A model generated the notes under the pieces. The model was not told the origin of the DNA. It saw only the letters and a program-made list of their open reading frames with translations, and made no database searches. From an uncultured Actinomycetes bacterium (GTDB lineage: Bacteria > Actinomycetota > Actinomycetes > Streptosporangiales > Streptosporangiaceae), in contig CAWFAP010000002.1 of assembly GCA_963813975.1 (NCBI GenBank), forward strand, positions 57,876-121,875: a stretch of 64,000 bases of DNA. Direction: 5' to 3'. This document shows, piece by piece, positions 47,043 to 57,017 of this stretch. Made by a program: the position numbers and the translations under genes. The number at the start of each line of letters is the position of its first letter. The first letter of the stretch is position 1.

Positions 47043-47513
47043 GTGCGAGGCTCCGTGACCGTCCATGTGGCCGCACCGGCCGGGCGGGTCTGGGACCTGG
47101 TGTCCGATATCACCCGGACCGGGGAGTTCAGCCCGGAAACGTTCGAGGCGGAGTGGCTCGGCGGCGCAGCCGGGCCTGCGGTGGGGGCCCGTTTTCGTGG
47201 TCATGTCCGGCGTAATGGCCGCTGGCCGGTCTACTGGACCACCTGCACGGTGATCGCCAGCGACCCGGGCCGCGAGTTTGCCTTCACCGTGGCCGGGCCG
47301 GGCCGCACGACGGTGAATACGTGGCGCTATGAACTGCGCCCGTACGCGGAGGGCACGGATGTCACCGAGTCGTTCGAGCTGCCTGACCTGCTGGTTACCC
47401 GGATGTACTGGATGCTGGCCGGGCGGGCGCGCCGGCGCACCAACCTGGATGGCATGCGCGCCACGCTGGAACGGATCAAGGCGGCCGCCGAAGCCGCTGG
47501 CCCACCCGGGTAA
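47043..47513 (+). CDS. SRPBCC-family protein (polyketide cyclase/dehydrase-like)
   Basis: The N-terminal pattern is V.APAGRVWDLVSDITRTGEFSPE. The GTG at 47043 was chosen. Confidence 0.8.
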   Translation: MRGSVTVHVAAPAGRVWDLVSDITRTGEFSPETFEAEWLGGAAGPAVGARFRGHVRRNGRWPVYWTTCTVIASDPGREFAFTVAGPGRTTVNTWRYELRPYAEGTDVTESFELPDLLVTRMYWMLAGRARRRTNLDGMRATLERIKAAAEAAGPPG

Positions 47514-47525
47514 CCAGCCAGGTCC

Positions 47526-48290
47526 TCACCCAGTCCCGGATGCCATGTAGTGCCGGACGTAGTCGATCAGCATGGTCCGCGGGAAGGTCAGTGAGGGATC
47601 CGGGTTTCCCGGCCAGGTCCCGCCGACGGCCACGTTGATCACCAGGAAGAAGTCGTGGTCGAACACCCAGGGCTTCCTCCGCACGTTGCGGGGCGTCACC
47701 GAGGCGTAGAGCTGGCCATCGAGGAACCAGCGGAACCGGCCGGGCTCCCAGGCCAGGGAGTACACGTGGAAGCCGTCCGCCAGGCTCTGACGGGCGCGGT
47801 GCGATGCATGGACGCCGCCAGCCCCCGAGTATCCGGGCCCGTGCACGGTGGCGTGCAGGACCGCCGGATCCTGGCCGAGCATTTCCATGATGTCGACCTC
47901 ACCGCACTGCGGCCAGCCCTGCTCGTCGATGTCGTGGCCGAGCATCCAGAACGCGGGCCAGATGCCGCGGCCATCGGGGATCCGGATCCGCGCCTCCACC
48001 AGCCCGTAGCGCAGCGTCATCCGCCCCTTGCTGATCACTCGCGCCGACGTGAACCCGCATCCGCCATAACGGTCCTCACGTACTCCCGGCTCCGACTGGC
48101 GCACCACGATCGCGAGGTTGCCGCCGCCATCGAGGAACGCATTCTCGCCCCTATCCGTGTAGTACTGCAGTTCCTCGTTCCCCCACCCGCCGTTCCCGGC
48201 CTCCATCCGCCAGGTCCCGGGATCCGGCGGCGAGCCCGCGTCACCATCGAACTCCTCTGACCAGGCCAGGGACCATCCGGGAACGGTCAT
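47526..48290 (-). CDS. GH16 beta-glucanase (laminarinase-like), no signal peptide
   Basis: Motifs are WSEEFDG, GNEELQYYT, WPAFWMLG and the catalytic GEVDIMEMLG. The ORF starts directly at the catalytic domain. Confidence 0.9.
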   Translation of the reverse strand: MTVPGWSLAWSEEFDGDAGSPPDPGTWRMEAGNGGWGNEELQYYTDRGENAFLDGGGNLAIVVRQSEPGVREDRYGGCGFTSARVISKGRMTLRYGLVEARIRIPDGRGIWPAFWMLGHDIDEQGWPQCGEVDIMEMLGQDPAVLHATVHGPGYSGAGGVHASHRARQSLADGFHVYSLAWEPGRFRWFLDGQLYASVTPRNVRRKPWVFDHDFFLVINVAVGGTWPGNPDPSLTFPRTMLIDYVRHYMASGTG

Positions 48291-48850
48291 CTTCCCGGCA
48301 CCCCGAACAGCGGCTGTTCCATGAGCCCGGTGGGCGCATCAAGGATGCCCTCCGCCGCCTGGGCCCGGCGCACGGTGAGGTACAGCAGATGGGAGGCCAC
48401 CGCGAACAGCAGCGTGGCGAGCGGCAGCTCCAGGACCACGGCCGACGCGACCGCGGTAAAGATATCGACGCGTCCTGATGCGGTAGCGATGTCAAACCAT
48501 GCATCGCAAGCCAGGAGCGTCCCGGTGATGAACGCGGTGATCACCACCGCCTGGCGGCGGCGCCAGGCGAGCCACGCGGTCAGCGAAAGGCCGCTCAGGA
48601 GAACGATGTCGAAGCCGACCCAGGTCAGCGTCCAATGGCTCGCCACGTAGCGGTGCGGCAGCGTGAACGCCAGCAATATGATCCACGGCACCAGGCCGAC
48701 CGAGGCGGCGGTCAGCAGAACCACGAATCGCCTGCGTCGTTGATCTCCTTCACTCAGGGACGGGAGACTGCTGTCGAGCGCGGCCAGCCGGCGGCTCAGG
48801 GCGGCTCGCTCTTCGCTTGTCATCTGGCGCAACGTGGAGTCACTGATCAT
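48287..48850 (-). CDS. hypothetical integral membrane protein
   Basis: A charged N-terminus is followed by four hydrophobic helices. The stop overlaps the GH16 ATG (ATGA at 48287-48290). Confidence 0.7.
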   Translation of the reverse strand: MISDSTLRQMTSEERAALSRRLAALDSSLPSLSEGDQRRRRFVVLLTAASVGLVPWIILLAFTLPHRYVASHWTLTWVGFDIVLLSGLSLTAWLAWRRRQAVVITAFITGTLLACDAWFDIATASGRVDIFTAVASAVVLELPLATLLFAVASHLLYLTVRRAQAAEGILDAPTGLMEQPLFGVPGR

Positions 48851-49087
48851 TGCCGCACATCCCAGCGTGAAGGCAACCGGGAGTCGCCCGTCGCTGACGA
48901 CGATAGCTCCGGCCGAAACGCCGGGCATCTTCCCCGGCGCCGGCGAAGGGGCGGCCGGACGCCGGGGGTGGTCGTTCTCCACCCTGGGTTCGAGACCCGG
49001 TTCTACCCAGAGGCAGATGTGCGGGAGTTCTCTCCCTGCCACGCTGGAGTTGAGCCCGAACCACGACATCAGACGGAGGCGTGCGGG

Positions 49088-49579
49088 ATGGACGACCAGC
49101 GGACAATGCGAGCCTCGGACCATGACCGGCAGCAGGTCGTGGACCTGCTGCGCGGCGCGGTAACGGACGGCCGCTTGCGGATGGATGAGTACGTGGACCG
49201 CATGGAGCTCGCGTATCAGGCAGTGACCCGCGGGGATCTCGTCCCGCTGCACGCCGACCTGCCCGCAGCGGGCCCGGCGACGGTGCAAACGGGCCCGGCC
49301 CCGATGACGGCTCCGCCCGCTGCGGCCCGGACGGGGGGCCGCACCGCAGGTGTCCTGGCCGGCCTGCCTGCGGCGCTCAGAGTGCTATGGACGATCTGGC
49401 TTACCGCCGTGTCGGTCAACGTGGTGGTCTGGATCCTGGTCAGCGGCACCACCGGCCATCTGGCCTACCCCTGGCCGCTCTGGGTGGCCGGTCCCTACGG
49501 GGCCGTGCTGCTCGCCGTCTCGGCCGCCATCACGGCTGTACGGCGCAGCCGGCTGTCCCCGGTGCGCTGGCCATCGTGA
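49088..49579 (+). CDS. DUF1707-domain membrane protein
   Basis: The N-terminus is MRASDHDRQQVVDLLRGAVTDGRLRMDEYVDRMELAY (DUF1707 signature), followed by TM helices. Confidence 0.8.
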   Translation: MDDQRTMRASDHDRQQVVDLLRGAVTDGRLRMDEYVDRMELAYQAVTRGDLVPLHADLPAAGPATVQTGPAPMTAPPAAARTGGRTAGVLAGLPAALRVLWTIWLTAVSVNVVVWILVSGTTGHLAYPWPLWVAGPYGAVLLAVSAAITAVRRSRLSPVRWPS

Positions 49580-49618
49580 GCGCGGGCATCGCGGCGGGCC
49601 GGCCGTAGCATCCCAGGT

Positions 49619-50752
49619 ATGAACGGTGCCCCGGGCCCGGCCCGTCCGGCCGTGTTCCCGCCGGGAGTGGCGAGGTGGGCGGCCCTCGCCGTGTTCACCG
49701 TGTTCGTCGGGATCGGGCTGTCCCGGATGAACCCGGGCCTGCCGGCCGCGGTGGCCGCGGCCGTGGTGGCCCTCGGCGCGGGGGTGCTGCTGGTCCTGAA
49801 CCGCCGGCCGCTGCTGGGGTACGCGGCGGCAGCTACCGCCGCGATCGCCGTCCTCGGGCACGGCATGTCCAGCAACGTGGGCTGGTTCGCCGTATGCCTG
49901 GTCGGCGCGTGGTGCGTGCTCACCGGGGGACGCCGCGCTGGCCTGGCCTACTGGACCCTCGCGATGGCGGTGTTCGCGGCCGAATGGCTCTGGATCGAAC
50001 CGGATCCCGGCTGGGGGGCGTGGATGGCCGGAACCACGCTCAGTGTCCTGGCCGGGCTGTTCATCCGGCACGAGATCGACCTGGTCGCGCAGTTGCGGGC
50101 GGCTCAGGCGGGGCTGGCCGAGCGGGCCAGGGCCGAGGAACGCAACCGCATTGCCCGTGAACTGCACGACGTCATCGCGCACACGCTGACGGTTTCCCTC
50201 CTGCACGTCACCAGCGCGAGGCTGGCCGTGGAGCACGATCCGGCCGACGCCGCGCGGGCGCTGGCCGAGGCGGAGCGGCTGGGACGGGAAAGCCTGGACG
50301 AGGTCCGGCTGGCCGTCGGCCTGCTGCATCAGCAGGGAGACGCTGGCCGCACAGCGCCGCTGCCCGGCGCGGGCGAGCTGCCCGCGCTGGTGGAACGGTT
50401 CCGGTCGGCTGGCGCGGACGTCACCCTGACCATCGATGGTGACCCCGGGAGGCTGGCCGCCACCACCGGCCTGGCCGTGTACCGCATCCTGCAGGAGGCT
50501 CTGACCAACGCGGTCAAGCACGCCCCCGGCTCACCAACCGCGGTGCACCTGGGCATTGACGCGGACGCGGTCGAATTGGCCGTCGATAGCGCGGCCGACC
50601 CGGGCACCGGCACGGGGGTGGGCGTGATCAGCATGCGCGAGCGGGCCGAATCGCTGGGCGGACGGTGCCAGGCCGGCCCGGGGGGTCAGGGGTGGCTGGT
50701 CCGGGCCACGCTCCCGCTGAACGGCAGCCGGCGACGGGCGGGGGCGGCATGA
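49619..50752 (+). CDS. sensor histidine kinase (HisKA_3 / NarL-partner type)
   Basis: N-terminal TM helices are followed by the H-box ERNRIARELHDVIAHTL and a C-terminal HATPase region (LTNAVKHA; GVGVISMRERAESLGG). Confidence 0.9.
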   Translation: MNGAPGPARPAVFPPGVARWAALAVFTVFVGIGLSRMNPGLPAAVAAAVVALGAGVLLVLNRRPLLGYAAAATAAIAVLGHGMSSNVGWFAVCLVGAWCVLTGGRRAGLAYWTLAMAVFAAEWLWIEPDPGWGAWMAGTTLSVLAGLFIRHEIDLVAQLRAAQAGLAERARAEERNRIARELHDVIAHTLTVSLLHVTSARLAVEHDPADAARALAEAERLGRESLDEVRLAVGLLHQQGDAGRTAPLPGAGELPALVERFRSAGADVTLTIDGDPGRLAATTGLAVYRILQEALTNAVKHAPGSPTAVHLGIDADAVELAVDSAADPGTGTGVGVISMRERAESLGGRCQAGPGGQGWLVRATLPLNGSRRRAGAA

Positions 50753-51417
50753 TCCGGGTGCTGCTAGTCGACGATCAGGAGCTGGTGCGAACCGGGTTGC
50801 GTGGCATCCTGCGGCCCCAGTTCGGCTTCGATGTCGTCGGTGAGTGCCCCGACGGCAGCGGGGTCATCGCGGCGGTCGAGTCTCTGACGCCGGACGTGGT
50901 CCTGATGGATGTGCGGATGCCCGTGGTCGACGGCGTGCAGGCGACCCAGGCGCTGCGCCAGCGCGACAGCCGGCCGCCCGTGCTGGCCCTCACCACGTTC
51001 GACGACGACGAGGTGCTGTCCGGCATGCTGCGGGCCGGCGCGTCCGGGTTCGTCCTCAAGGGTGTGCCCGCTGAGGACCTGCACCGGGCGGTGCGCGAGG
51101 TGGCGGACGGCGGCGCCTGGCTCGACCCGGCCGTGACCGGCCGGGTACTGGCTGCCTACCGGTCGGCTGCGCCGCGCCGGGCTGGCCAGGCCGGGCTCGA
51201 GGCCCTGACCAGCCGCGAGCGCGAGGTGCTCGCGCTCATCGGGCAAGGCGAGACCAACACCGAGATCGCCGCCCGGCTCGTGGTCAGCGAGGGAACGGTC
51301 AAAACGCATATCAACCACCTGTTCACCAAGCTGCAGCTGCGCGACCGGGCCGCGGCGGTCGTCTTCGCCTTCGACCACGACCTGGTCACCCCGTCACCGG
51401 GCAGCCGGAACGACTAG
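50749..51417 (+). CDS. NarL/LuxR-family response regulator
   Basis: The receiver domain carries IRVLLVDDQ and DVVLMDVRMP. The C-terminal HTH is LTSREREVLALIGQGETNTEIAARLVVSEGTVKTH. The ATG overlaps the kinase stop (ATGA). Confidence 0.9.
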   Translation: MIRVLLVDDQELVRTGLRGILRPQFGFDVVGECPDGSGVIAAVESLTPDVVLMDVRMPVVDGVQATQALRQRDSRPPVLALTTFDDDEVLSGMLRAGASGFVLKGVPAEDLHRAVREVADGGAWLDPAVTGRVLAAYRSAAPRRAGQAGLEALTSREREVLALIGQGETNTEIAARLVVSEGTVKTHINHLFTKLQLRDRAAAVVFAFDHDLVTPSPGSRND

Positions 51418-51636
51418 TCCCACCGGGCCGGTCCGGGCCGCGATCACATCCCCGCCTGGCGCGTACCCATGCCGCAACCTGCGGATCGCGTCGCCGGACT
51501 CTGGTGCGTGTCCCGCCGCCAGCTGGAACGTGTGCCCCTGCCCGGGAAGATGTCGAGCCGGGCATCGAGGCCAGCCCGGCGACGACCTCGGGCCGGCCCA
51601 GCCGGGCTGGATGAGCGGCCCGCAGCCTGGGCCCGG

Positions 51637-52074
51637 TCAGGCGGCCTGTTCCGGGCAGCCGTGGTAGGCCTCGATGAGCCACCTGCCGTCACGCCCGGAC
51701 AGCACCCACGTCGCGCGCTCCCGCTGCTCCCGGCCCGGCCGGGCCGCGCCCGGCCCGCCCCCCTCACCGGGGAAGACCGTGGTGCTGTCGGTGATCACGA
51801 TGGCCGTGCCGTCCCCGGGATGCCGGATGCTCCGCACCTCGTGAAGGCGCCGTGAGCCCTTCAGCGCCCCCGCGAAGGCCGCCGCCATGCTGGTCCGGAT
51901 CGCGTCCTTGCCCGGCAGGTAGAACCCGGGCAGGATGGCCGTCGCGTCGTCGGCGTACCACGCGACGAACGCGTCGGTGTCGCCCTTCTCCCACGCGCTG
52001 GCCACCTCGTGGAACAGGGCGCGGATGGCGCTGTCTGGCCCGGCCTGGACGGCCGGGGCGTCGGTGCTGGTCAT
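51637..52074 (-). CDS. SgcJ/EcaC-type NTF2-like (DUF4440/SnoaL-like) protein
   Basis: Pattern IRALFHEVASAWEKGDTDAFVAWYADDA ... RWLIEAYH. Confidence 0.8.
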   Translation of the reverse strand: MTSTDAPAVQAGPDSAIRALFHEVASAWEKGDTDAFVAWYADDATAILPGFYLPGKDAIRTSMAAAFAGALKGSRRLHEVRSIRHPGDGTAIVITDSTTVFPGEGGGPGAARPGREQRERATWVLSGRDGRWLIEAYHGCPEQAA

Positions 52075-52146
52075 GGTTTCTCCCGTCGTGAGCCTTCGGC
52101 AATGAAGACCCGCCCCGGCGGGGAAAGGAATCGCGGCCCGCGTTCC

Positions 52147-52959
52147 TCAGCCTTTGCGGGCCACCCCGACCAGGTTCGCGAACCGGCGGGGGTGGCCGGG
52201 AACGTCGTCCGGGGAGTCCGGCCGCCACAACGGCACGTACACCAGTCCGGGATCAACGAGCGCGAAGCCGTCGAACAGGCGCAGGATCTCCTCGCGGGTG
52301 CGCGCGTGCGCCGGGGAGGACGCGCTGCGGTTGTACAGCTTCTCGGCCGCCTGGGCCAGGGCCGGATCGTTCTCGCTGGTGCCGTGGCTCACCACGAGGT
52401 AGCTGCCGGGGGCGAGCGCCTCCCGCAGGGTGGCCACGATGCGCCAGGGATCCTCCGCGTCCGCGATGAAGTGCAGGACGGCGAGGAGCAGCAGCCCGGC
52501 CGGCTCACCGAAGTCAATCAGCCGCCCGATGCCGGGGGAGGCGAGGATCTTCTCCGGGGCGCGCAGGTCTCCCTCGATGGCCACCGCGGCGTCGTGGCCA
52601 GCCAGGATGAACTTGCTGTGCGCGACGGCGACCGGGTCGAGGTCGACGTACGCGACGCGGGAGCCCGGGGCGGCCTGCTGGGCGACCTCGTGCACGTTCG
52701 CCTGGGTGGGGATGCCGGAGCCGATGTCGAGGAACTGGCGGATCCCGTTCGCGGCCAGGAACCGCACCGCCCGGCCGAGGAACGCCCGGTTGGCCCGGGT
52801 GATGGCGCGGACGTTGGGCTCGATGGCCGCCATCGCCCGGCCCAGGTCCTGGTCGGCCAGGAAGTTGTGGCTGCCGCCCAGCCAGTAGTCGTAGACCCGG
52901 GCCGTGTTGGCCCGTCCCGGGTCCACCCCGGGTGGCGCCCAGCCAGGCTGATCAGTCAT
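52147..52959 (-). CDS. SAM-dependent methyltransferase of the actinobacterial DUF574 type
   Basis: The signature is NTARVYDYWLGGSHNFLADQD...IRQFLDIGSGIPT...VAYVDLDPVAVAH. Confidence 0.85.
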   Translation of the reverse strand: MTDQPGWAPPGVDPGRANTARVYDYWLGGSHNFLADQDLGRAMAAIEPNVRAITRANRAFLGRAVRFLAANGIRQFLDIGSGIPTQANVHEVAQQAAPGSRVAYVDLDPVAVAHSKFILAGHDAAVAIEGDLRAPEKILASPGIGRLIDFGEPAGLLLLAVLHFIADAEDPWRIVATLREALAPGSYLVVSHGTSENDPALAQAAEKLYNRSASSPAHARTREEILRLFDGFALVDPGLVYVPLWRPDSPDDVPGHPRRFANLVGVARKG

Positions 52960-53174
52960 AGTGCATCCTGTCCTGAAATGGTGCCCGCTTGGCTGCACGA
53001 TATCCCAGTGTGCCGGCGAACAAACGCCCGCCCTTAACCGCAGCCACAATGGCTCGCGGAATGGCGTGTGACCTGGCAGGCTCCCGGCACCGGAACCGCC
53101 TATTTGTTTCCGGAGCGAAAATCGGCGCGGCGAACTGGCCACCGCCGGCCACCGGGCGCCGGGCCGGTTCCGGG

Positions 53175-54224
53175 TCAGGCGGCGAGCCGGAATGACGAGC
53201 CGCTGCTGCCCGCGGCCCAGGCCGCGGGCAGGGCGGCCGCGAGGGCATGCTGGGCGCGCCAGCCGGTGCAGTGCCCGGGCACCACAAGCCCCGGGGCCAG
53301 CCCGGTCAGGGCGTCGATGGTGGGACCGATGGTGGGCTCGAACGCGGGTCCGCTGAGATGCAGGCCGCCCAGCAGCGCGTGCAGGGCTGGGACGGCGGTG
53401 AGCCGCTGCGCGTGCCGCACGATGTTGATGGCTCCGGCGTGCCCGCAGCCGGTCAGCACCACCAGGCCCCGGCCCCGCACGTGGGCGACGAGGGCCTGAT
53501 CGTCGATGACCAGGGGATCGTGCTGCCAGGCCGAGCCGGCCCACTCCTGGTGGGAAGCTGGCATGCCGTGCTCGAACTCGGTGGTCCGGTCGACCTCGCC
53601 CGTGATCAGCACGCAGCCGTCCACGAGCAGTGAGGGCTCCCGGCGCTCGATCACCGCGAAGCCCTCGGCTTCGAGGGCCCGCTTGCTCAGCGTGGGCAGT
53701 TCCCCGGGTTCGCTCCCGGGCATCGCCAGGCGCCGGCGGGTCCAGGCCTTCGGGTGAACCACCATGGGGAGCGACCGGGTCCCCTGCCTTCCGGCCAGCC
53801 CGGCCAGGCCGCCCGCGTGGTCGAAATGCCCGTGGCTCAGGACGACCGCCTGGATCCCGGACAGGTCGGCGCCCAGCCGGCTGGCGTTGGTGACCATCGC
53901 GTCGGGGGACAGCCCGGTATCGAACAGCAGCGTGGTCGTGGTGGTGCCCCGGCGCACGCTGACCAGCGCGGAGAACCCATGCTCGGCCATCAGCCCGACC
54001 GTGGTGGAGCCGGCCAGGAACTGCGGGGCCGGGGCCCGGCCGACGCTGAAAGGCGCGCGCGTAGTGCGCTCGTCGCCGGTCAGCAGGGCGTCGTACACAT
54101 TGTCGACCAGAGTGGTGATCACGATCTCGTCGACCGGCTCCAGCGCGATCGGGTCAACCGCGGATCCGGGGGCCGGGCGCGGCGCGGCCGCGGCGACCTG
54201 CCGGGGCCGGCTGGCGTGCCGCAC
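53175..54224 (-). CDS. MBL-fold metallo-hydrolase
   Basis: Metal motif VVLSHGHFDHAGG and downstream VLTGCGHAG. The start is uncertain. Confidence 0.85.
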   Translation of the reverse strand: MRHASRPRQVAAAAPRPAPGSAVDPIALEPVDEIVITTLVDNVYDALLTGDERTTRAPFSVGRAPAPQFLAGSTTVGLMAEHGFSALVSVRRGTTTTTLLFDTGLSPDAMVTNASRLGADLSGIQAVVLSHGHFDHAGGLAGLAGRQGTRSLPMVVHPKAWTRRRLAMPGSEPGELPTLSKRALEAEGFAVIERREPSLLVDGCVLITGEVDRTTEFEHGMPASHQEWAGSAWQHDPLVIDDQALVAHVRGRGLVVLTGCGHAGAINIVRHAQRLTAVPALHALLGGLHLSGPAFEPTIGPTIDALTGLAPGLVVPGHCTGWRAQHALAAALPAAWAAGSSGSSFRLAA

Positions 54225-54263
54225 ATCAGGAGCACTCCCGGGCCGGCCCGGGCCGGGGCGTGC

Positions 54264-54821
54264 TCATGCGGACGCCGCCCCGGGCGCGGTGAGCATGGGT
54301 GCGGCCGGGACGACGGTGGTGATGAGGCCGGTATTCACGTCATAGACGTGGCCGGAGACCGTGATCGTGGCCGGCAGGATGGTGCTGGCCCGCAGCAGTC
54401 CGACATCCGCGCGGACGGTCTGCTCGGGGTGGACGACGGCTTCCGCGGCCAGGATCGCGTCGTCACCACCGGCGAGGGCGGCGAAGCCGCGGCGGAAATC
54501 CTCGTCGGCGAGGAAGTGCGTGCCGCAGTCGGTGTGGTGGATGACGGCCACCTCGAACCGGGGTCCCCCGGGGATGACCACGCCGGAGAGGTAGCCGATG
54601 TAGGCGAGATCGGTGAGCACGTCGGGGGAGACGCGGCCGCCGGCGTTGCGGATCACCATCGCGTCGCCGAGCCCGAGCTCGAGGAACGCCGACGGGTCGG
54701 TGCGGGGGTCCAGGCAGGTGATCACGTAGACCTTGAGCTTCGCGGAGATGCTGGTTCCCTCGCGGGCGTTCGTGGTCGCGAAGTGCTTGTTGCGCTCGAG
54801 AAGCGGATCCATGTGGGCCAT
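54264..54821 (-). CDS. beta-class carbonic anhydrase
   Basis: The zinc/active-site motifs CLDPR and HHTDCG are present, and the size is 185 aa. Confidence 0.9.
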   Translation of the reverse strand: MAHMDPLLERNKHFATTNAREGTSISAKLKVYVITCLDPRTDPSAFLELGLGDAMVIRNAGGRVSPDVLTDLAYIGYLSGVVIPGGPRFEVAVIHHTDCGTHFLADEDFRRGFAALAGGDDAILAAEAVVHPEQTVRADVGLLRASTILPATITVSGHVYDVNTGLITTVVPAAPMLTAPGAASA

Positions 54822-54838
54822 AGTCGGGTCCTCCCGGA

Positions 54839-56017
54839 TTATGCCTTGGTCACGGGCAGCAGCACCGGCTCAGGCATGCTCCGCGGGTCGGCCGGGGTCG
54901 CGCTGCCCGCGTCCCCGGGAAGGGCGGCCAGTGTAGGCCGGTGCCGCGCCGGTGGGTGGCTGGTCCTGGTGCCGATGAGGCCGGGGGCGATCCTCCAGGT
55001 CAGGATGGCGAGGCCGCCGAGGGGAATAGAAGGGAGGTAGGTGACCGCCCGGTACAGCAGCACGGCTCCTGTCACCTGGGCGCCGGCGGCGGGGCCAGCG
55101 CTGGTGGCCAGGATCCCGACCAGGCCGAGTTCGGTGACTCCGAGGCCACCGGGAGTAATGGGAAGGGCGGTGAGCAGCCGGATGAACGCGAAAGCGGCGA
55201 AGGAGGTCTGCCAGGGCACCTGGACCTGGGACAGGCCGGTACCGCGCAGGCAGGCCAGCAGCACGAGCCACAAGGTGAGGTAGCTGGCTACCGTGGCGCC
55301 GGTGATGCGCCAGCCGCGAGCGCCGATCAGGGCGCCTGCCTGGTCGCGGAAACCGGACAGTGACCCGGCGATATCGGCGGGTGGTGGCCGGCGGCCCAGC
55401 CGGCTGGCGAGGGCCAGGAGGCGCTGCAGCAGGCGGCCCGCACGGAGCGCGAAGGCCTGGCTGCGCAGGAGGAGGCCCAGCCCGGTGACCATGGCCGCGA
55501 GCACGGCCAGGCCCACGGATGCGGCGGTGATCAGCACGGCATCGGGCCGGGTGGCCGTGGCCACGACCAGCAGCGCCAGGACGGGCATGCCCAGGAGCGT
55601 GAAGACGTTCCAGATCCCGGTCACCAGCGTGTAGAGGACGTAGTCCCCGGGGGACAGACCCCAGCTGGAGAGCATCGCCCAGCTCACCCCCATGGCCAGG
55701 GCTCCGCCCGCGGGGAGGGTGTTGGCCACGGCGTTGGATCCGAGGTTGACCGTGGCCGCCTGGCGCATCCGCAGCCGGGGCAGGACCGCGCGGATGGTGA
55801 TCCAGTAGGAAATCATGCTGGCGATGGCCGCCGCGGCGATGAGCAGGCTGTGCAGCCAGGTCATCGCCTGGACACTGGCCCAGACGCTGCGGTAGGACGC
55901 GAAACGCGGGATGGCGAATCCGAACGTGGCCGCGATGAGGACGGCTGACGCCGTAGTGCGGAGTATCTTGCGGCCGCGCCGGGGCTGGACTTCGGCGGAA
56001 CAGCTGTCCCGGGTCAC
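54839..56017 (-). CDS. lysylphosphatidylglycerol-synthase-TM-region (UPF0104/MprF-like flippase-like) membrane protein
   Basis: It is a polytopic membrane protein with NLGSNAVANTLPAGGALAMG and PITPGGLGVTE motifs. The start is uncertain (GTG at 56017 chosen; the ORF is open to 56191). Confidence 0.75.
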   Translation of the reverse strand: MTRDSCSAEVQPRRGRKILRTTASAVLIAATFGFAIPRFASYRSVWASVQAMTWLHSLLIAAAAIASMISYWITIRAVLPRLRMRQAATVNLGSNAVANTLPAGGALAMGVSWAMLSSWGLSPGDYVLYTLVTGIWNVFTLLGMPVLALLVVATATRPDAVLITAASVGLAVLAAMVTGLGLLLRSQAFALRAGRLLQRLLALASRLGRRPPPADIAGSLSGFRDQAGALIGARGWRITGATVASYLTLWLVLLACLRGTGLSQVQVPWQTSFAAFAFIRLLTALPITPGGLGVTELGLVGILATSAGPAAGAQVTGAVLLYRAVTYLPSIPLGGLAILTWRIAPGLIGTRTSHPPARHRPTLAALPGDAGSATPADPRSMPEPVLLPVTKA

Positions 56018-56291
56018 GTGACGCTGGCGCTCAGGGCCAGACGGACCATCAGGGCCAGACGGAACATGGGGGCGCCTTCCTGCGTCAGCAGCAAGGCGGG
56101 GACCTGACCCAACGGCTAGTTCACTGGTCTTCAGCCAAGACACTACGCCGGGCGTCATCGGGGCCACAACGGCGTAGTCTCGGAGCAGCACTGCTCAGGC
56201 AGCCTGAACGAGTTCCCGGCCGGGTCTGGACCTTACGCCAAGTCTCGAGATCGCCTCGCTGCAACTTTCCTATCTCGGCGAGGCAGGACCG

Positions 56292-56996
56292 GTGATCGCG
56301 GCCATGGTGAAGGCACCTCAGGACGGTGATGGGGTGTCCGCGGCCGGCGCGATCCGGGTGGCCGAGGACCTGGAACTCCCGAGGCCGCTGCGGCTGATGG
56401 TCACCGCGGGCTGGAACGTGGCCGAGTCCGCGGGGTTGCCCGTCGCGGCCTACGCGGCCGCCTCCTGGCACGGCGGCCGCGTTGCGGGCCTGGTCGCGGG
56501 GCTCGCGGCCATCTGGCTCACCGCGGTCATCCGCAAGGTCGCGACCGGATCCGTGCCGAGCTTGCTGACGATTTCCGCGGTGGTGCTCACGGTGCAGACT
56601 GCGCTGGTGCTCGTCACGGGTGACCTCTGGCTCTTCTTGCTGCAGTTCCCGCTGGCCAACTTCTGCATGTGCCTCCTGTTCGCCCGGACCGCGCGCGGCC
56701 CGAACCCGCTCGTGGCCAGACTCGCGGCTGAAGTTGTCGCGCTGCGGCAGCCGGCGACTCACCATCCGGCCCTGCACCGCTTCTTCCAGCGCGCGACCTG
56801 GCTGTGGGCGGCCATCTTCTTCCTGCTCACGGCCAGCTTGGCGGTGCTGATGGCGACGGAGCCGACCGCCACGTTCCTGATGCTGTCCACGGTCGCGACC
56901 GTGGCGCTCGTCGTCGCCGGGGCCGGCGCGTCCACGGTGTGGTTTCTCTCGGTCCTGCGCACGCTCGGGCTGCGGCTCCGTTTTGCCCCGGCCTGA
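56292..56996 (+). CDS. hypothetical integral membrane protein
   Basis: Six hydrophobic segments and good codon bias. The family is not firmly recognised. Confidence 0.65.
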   Translation: MIAAMVKAPQDGDGVSAAGAIRVAEDLELPRPLRLMVTAGWNVAESAGLPVAAYAAASWHGGRVAGLVAGLAAIWLTAVIRKVATGSVPSLLTISAVVLTVQTALVLVTGDLWLFLLQFPLANFCMCLLFARTARGPNPLVARLAAEVVALRQPATHHPALHRFFQRATWLWAAIFFLLTASLAVLMATEPTATFLMLSTVATVALVVAGAGASTVWFLSVLRTLGLRLRFAPA

Positions 56997-57017
56997 AGGG
57001 CCCGTCGTGGATGTCTC

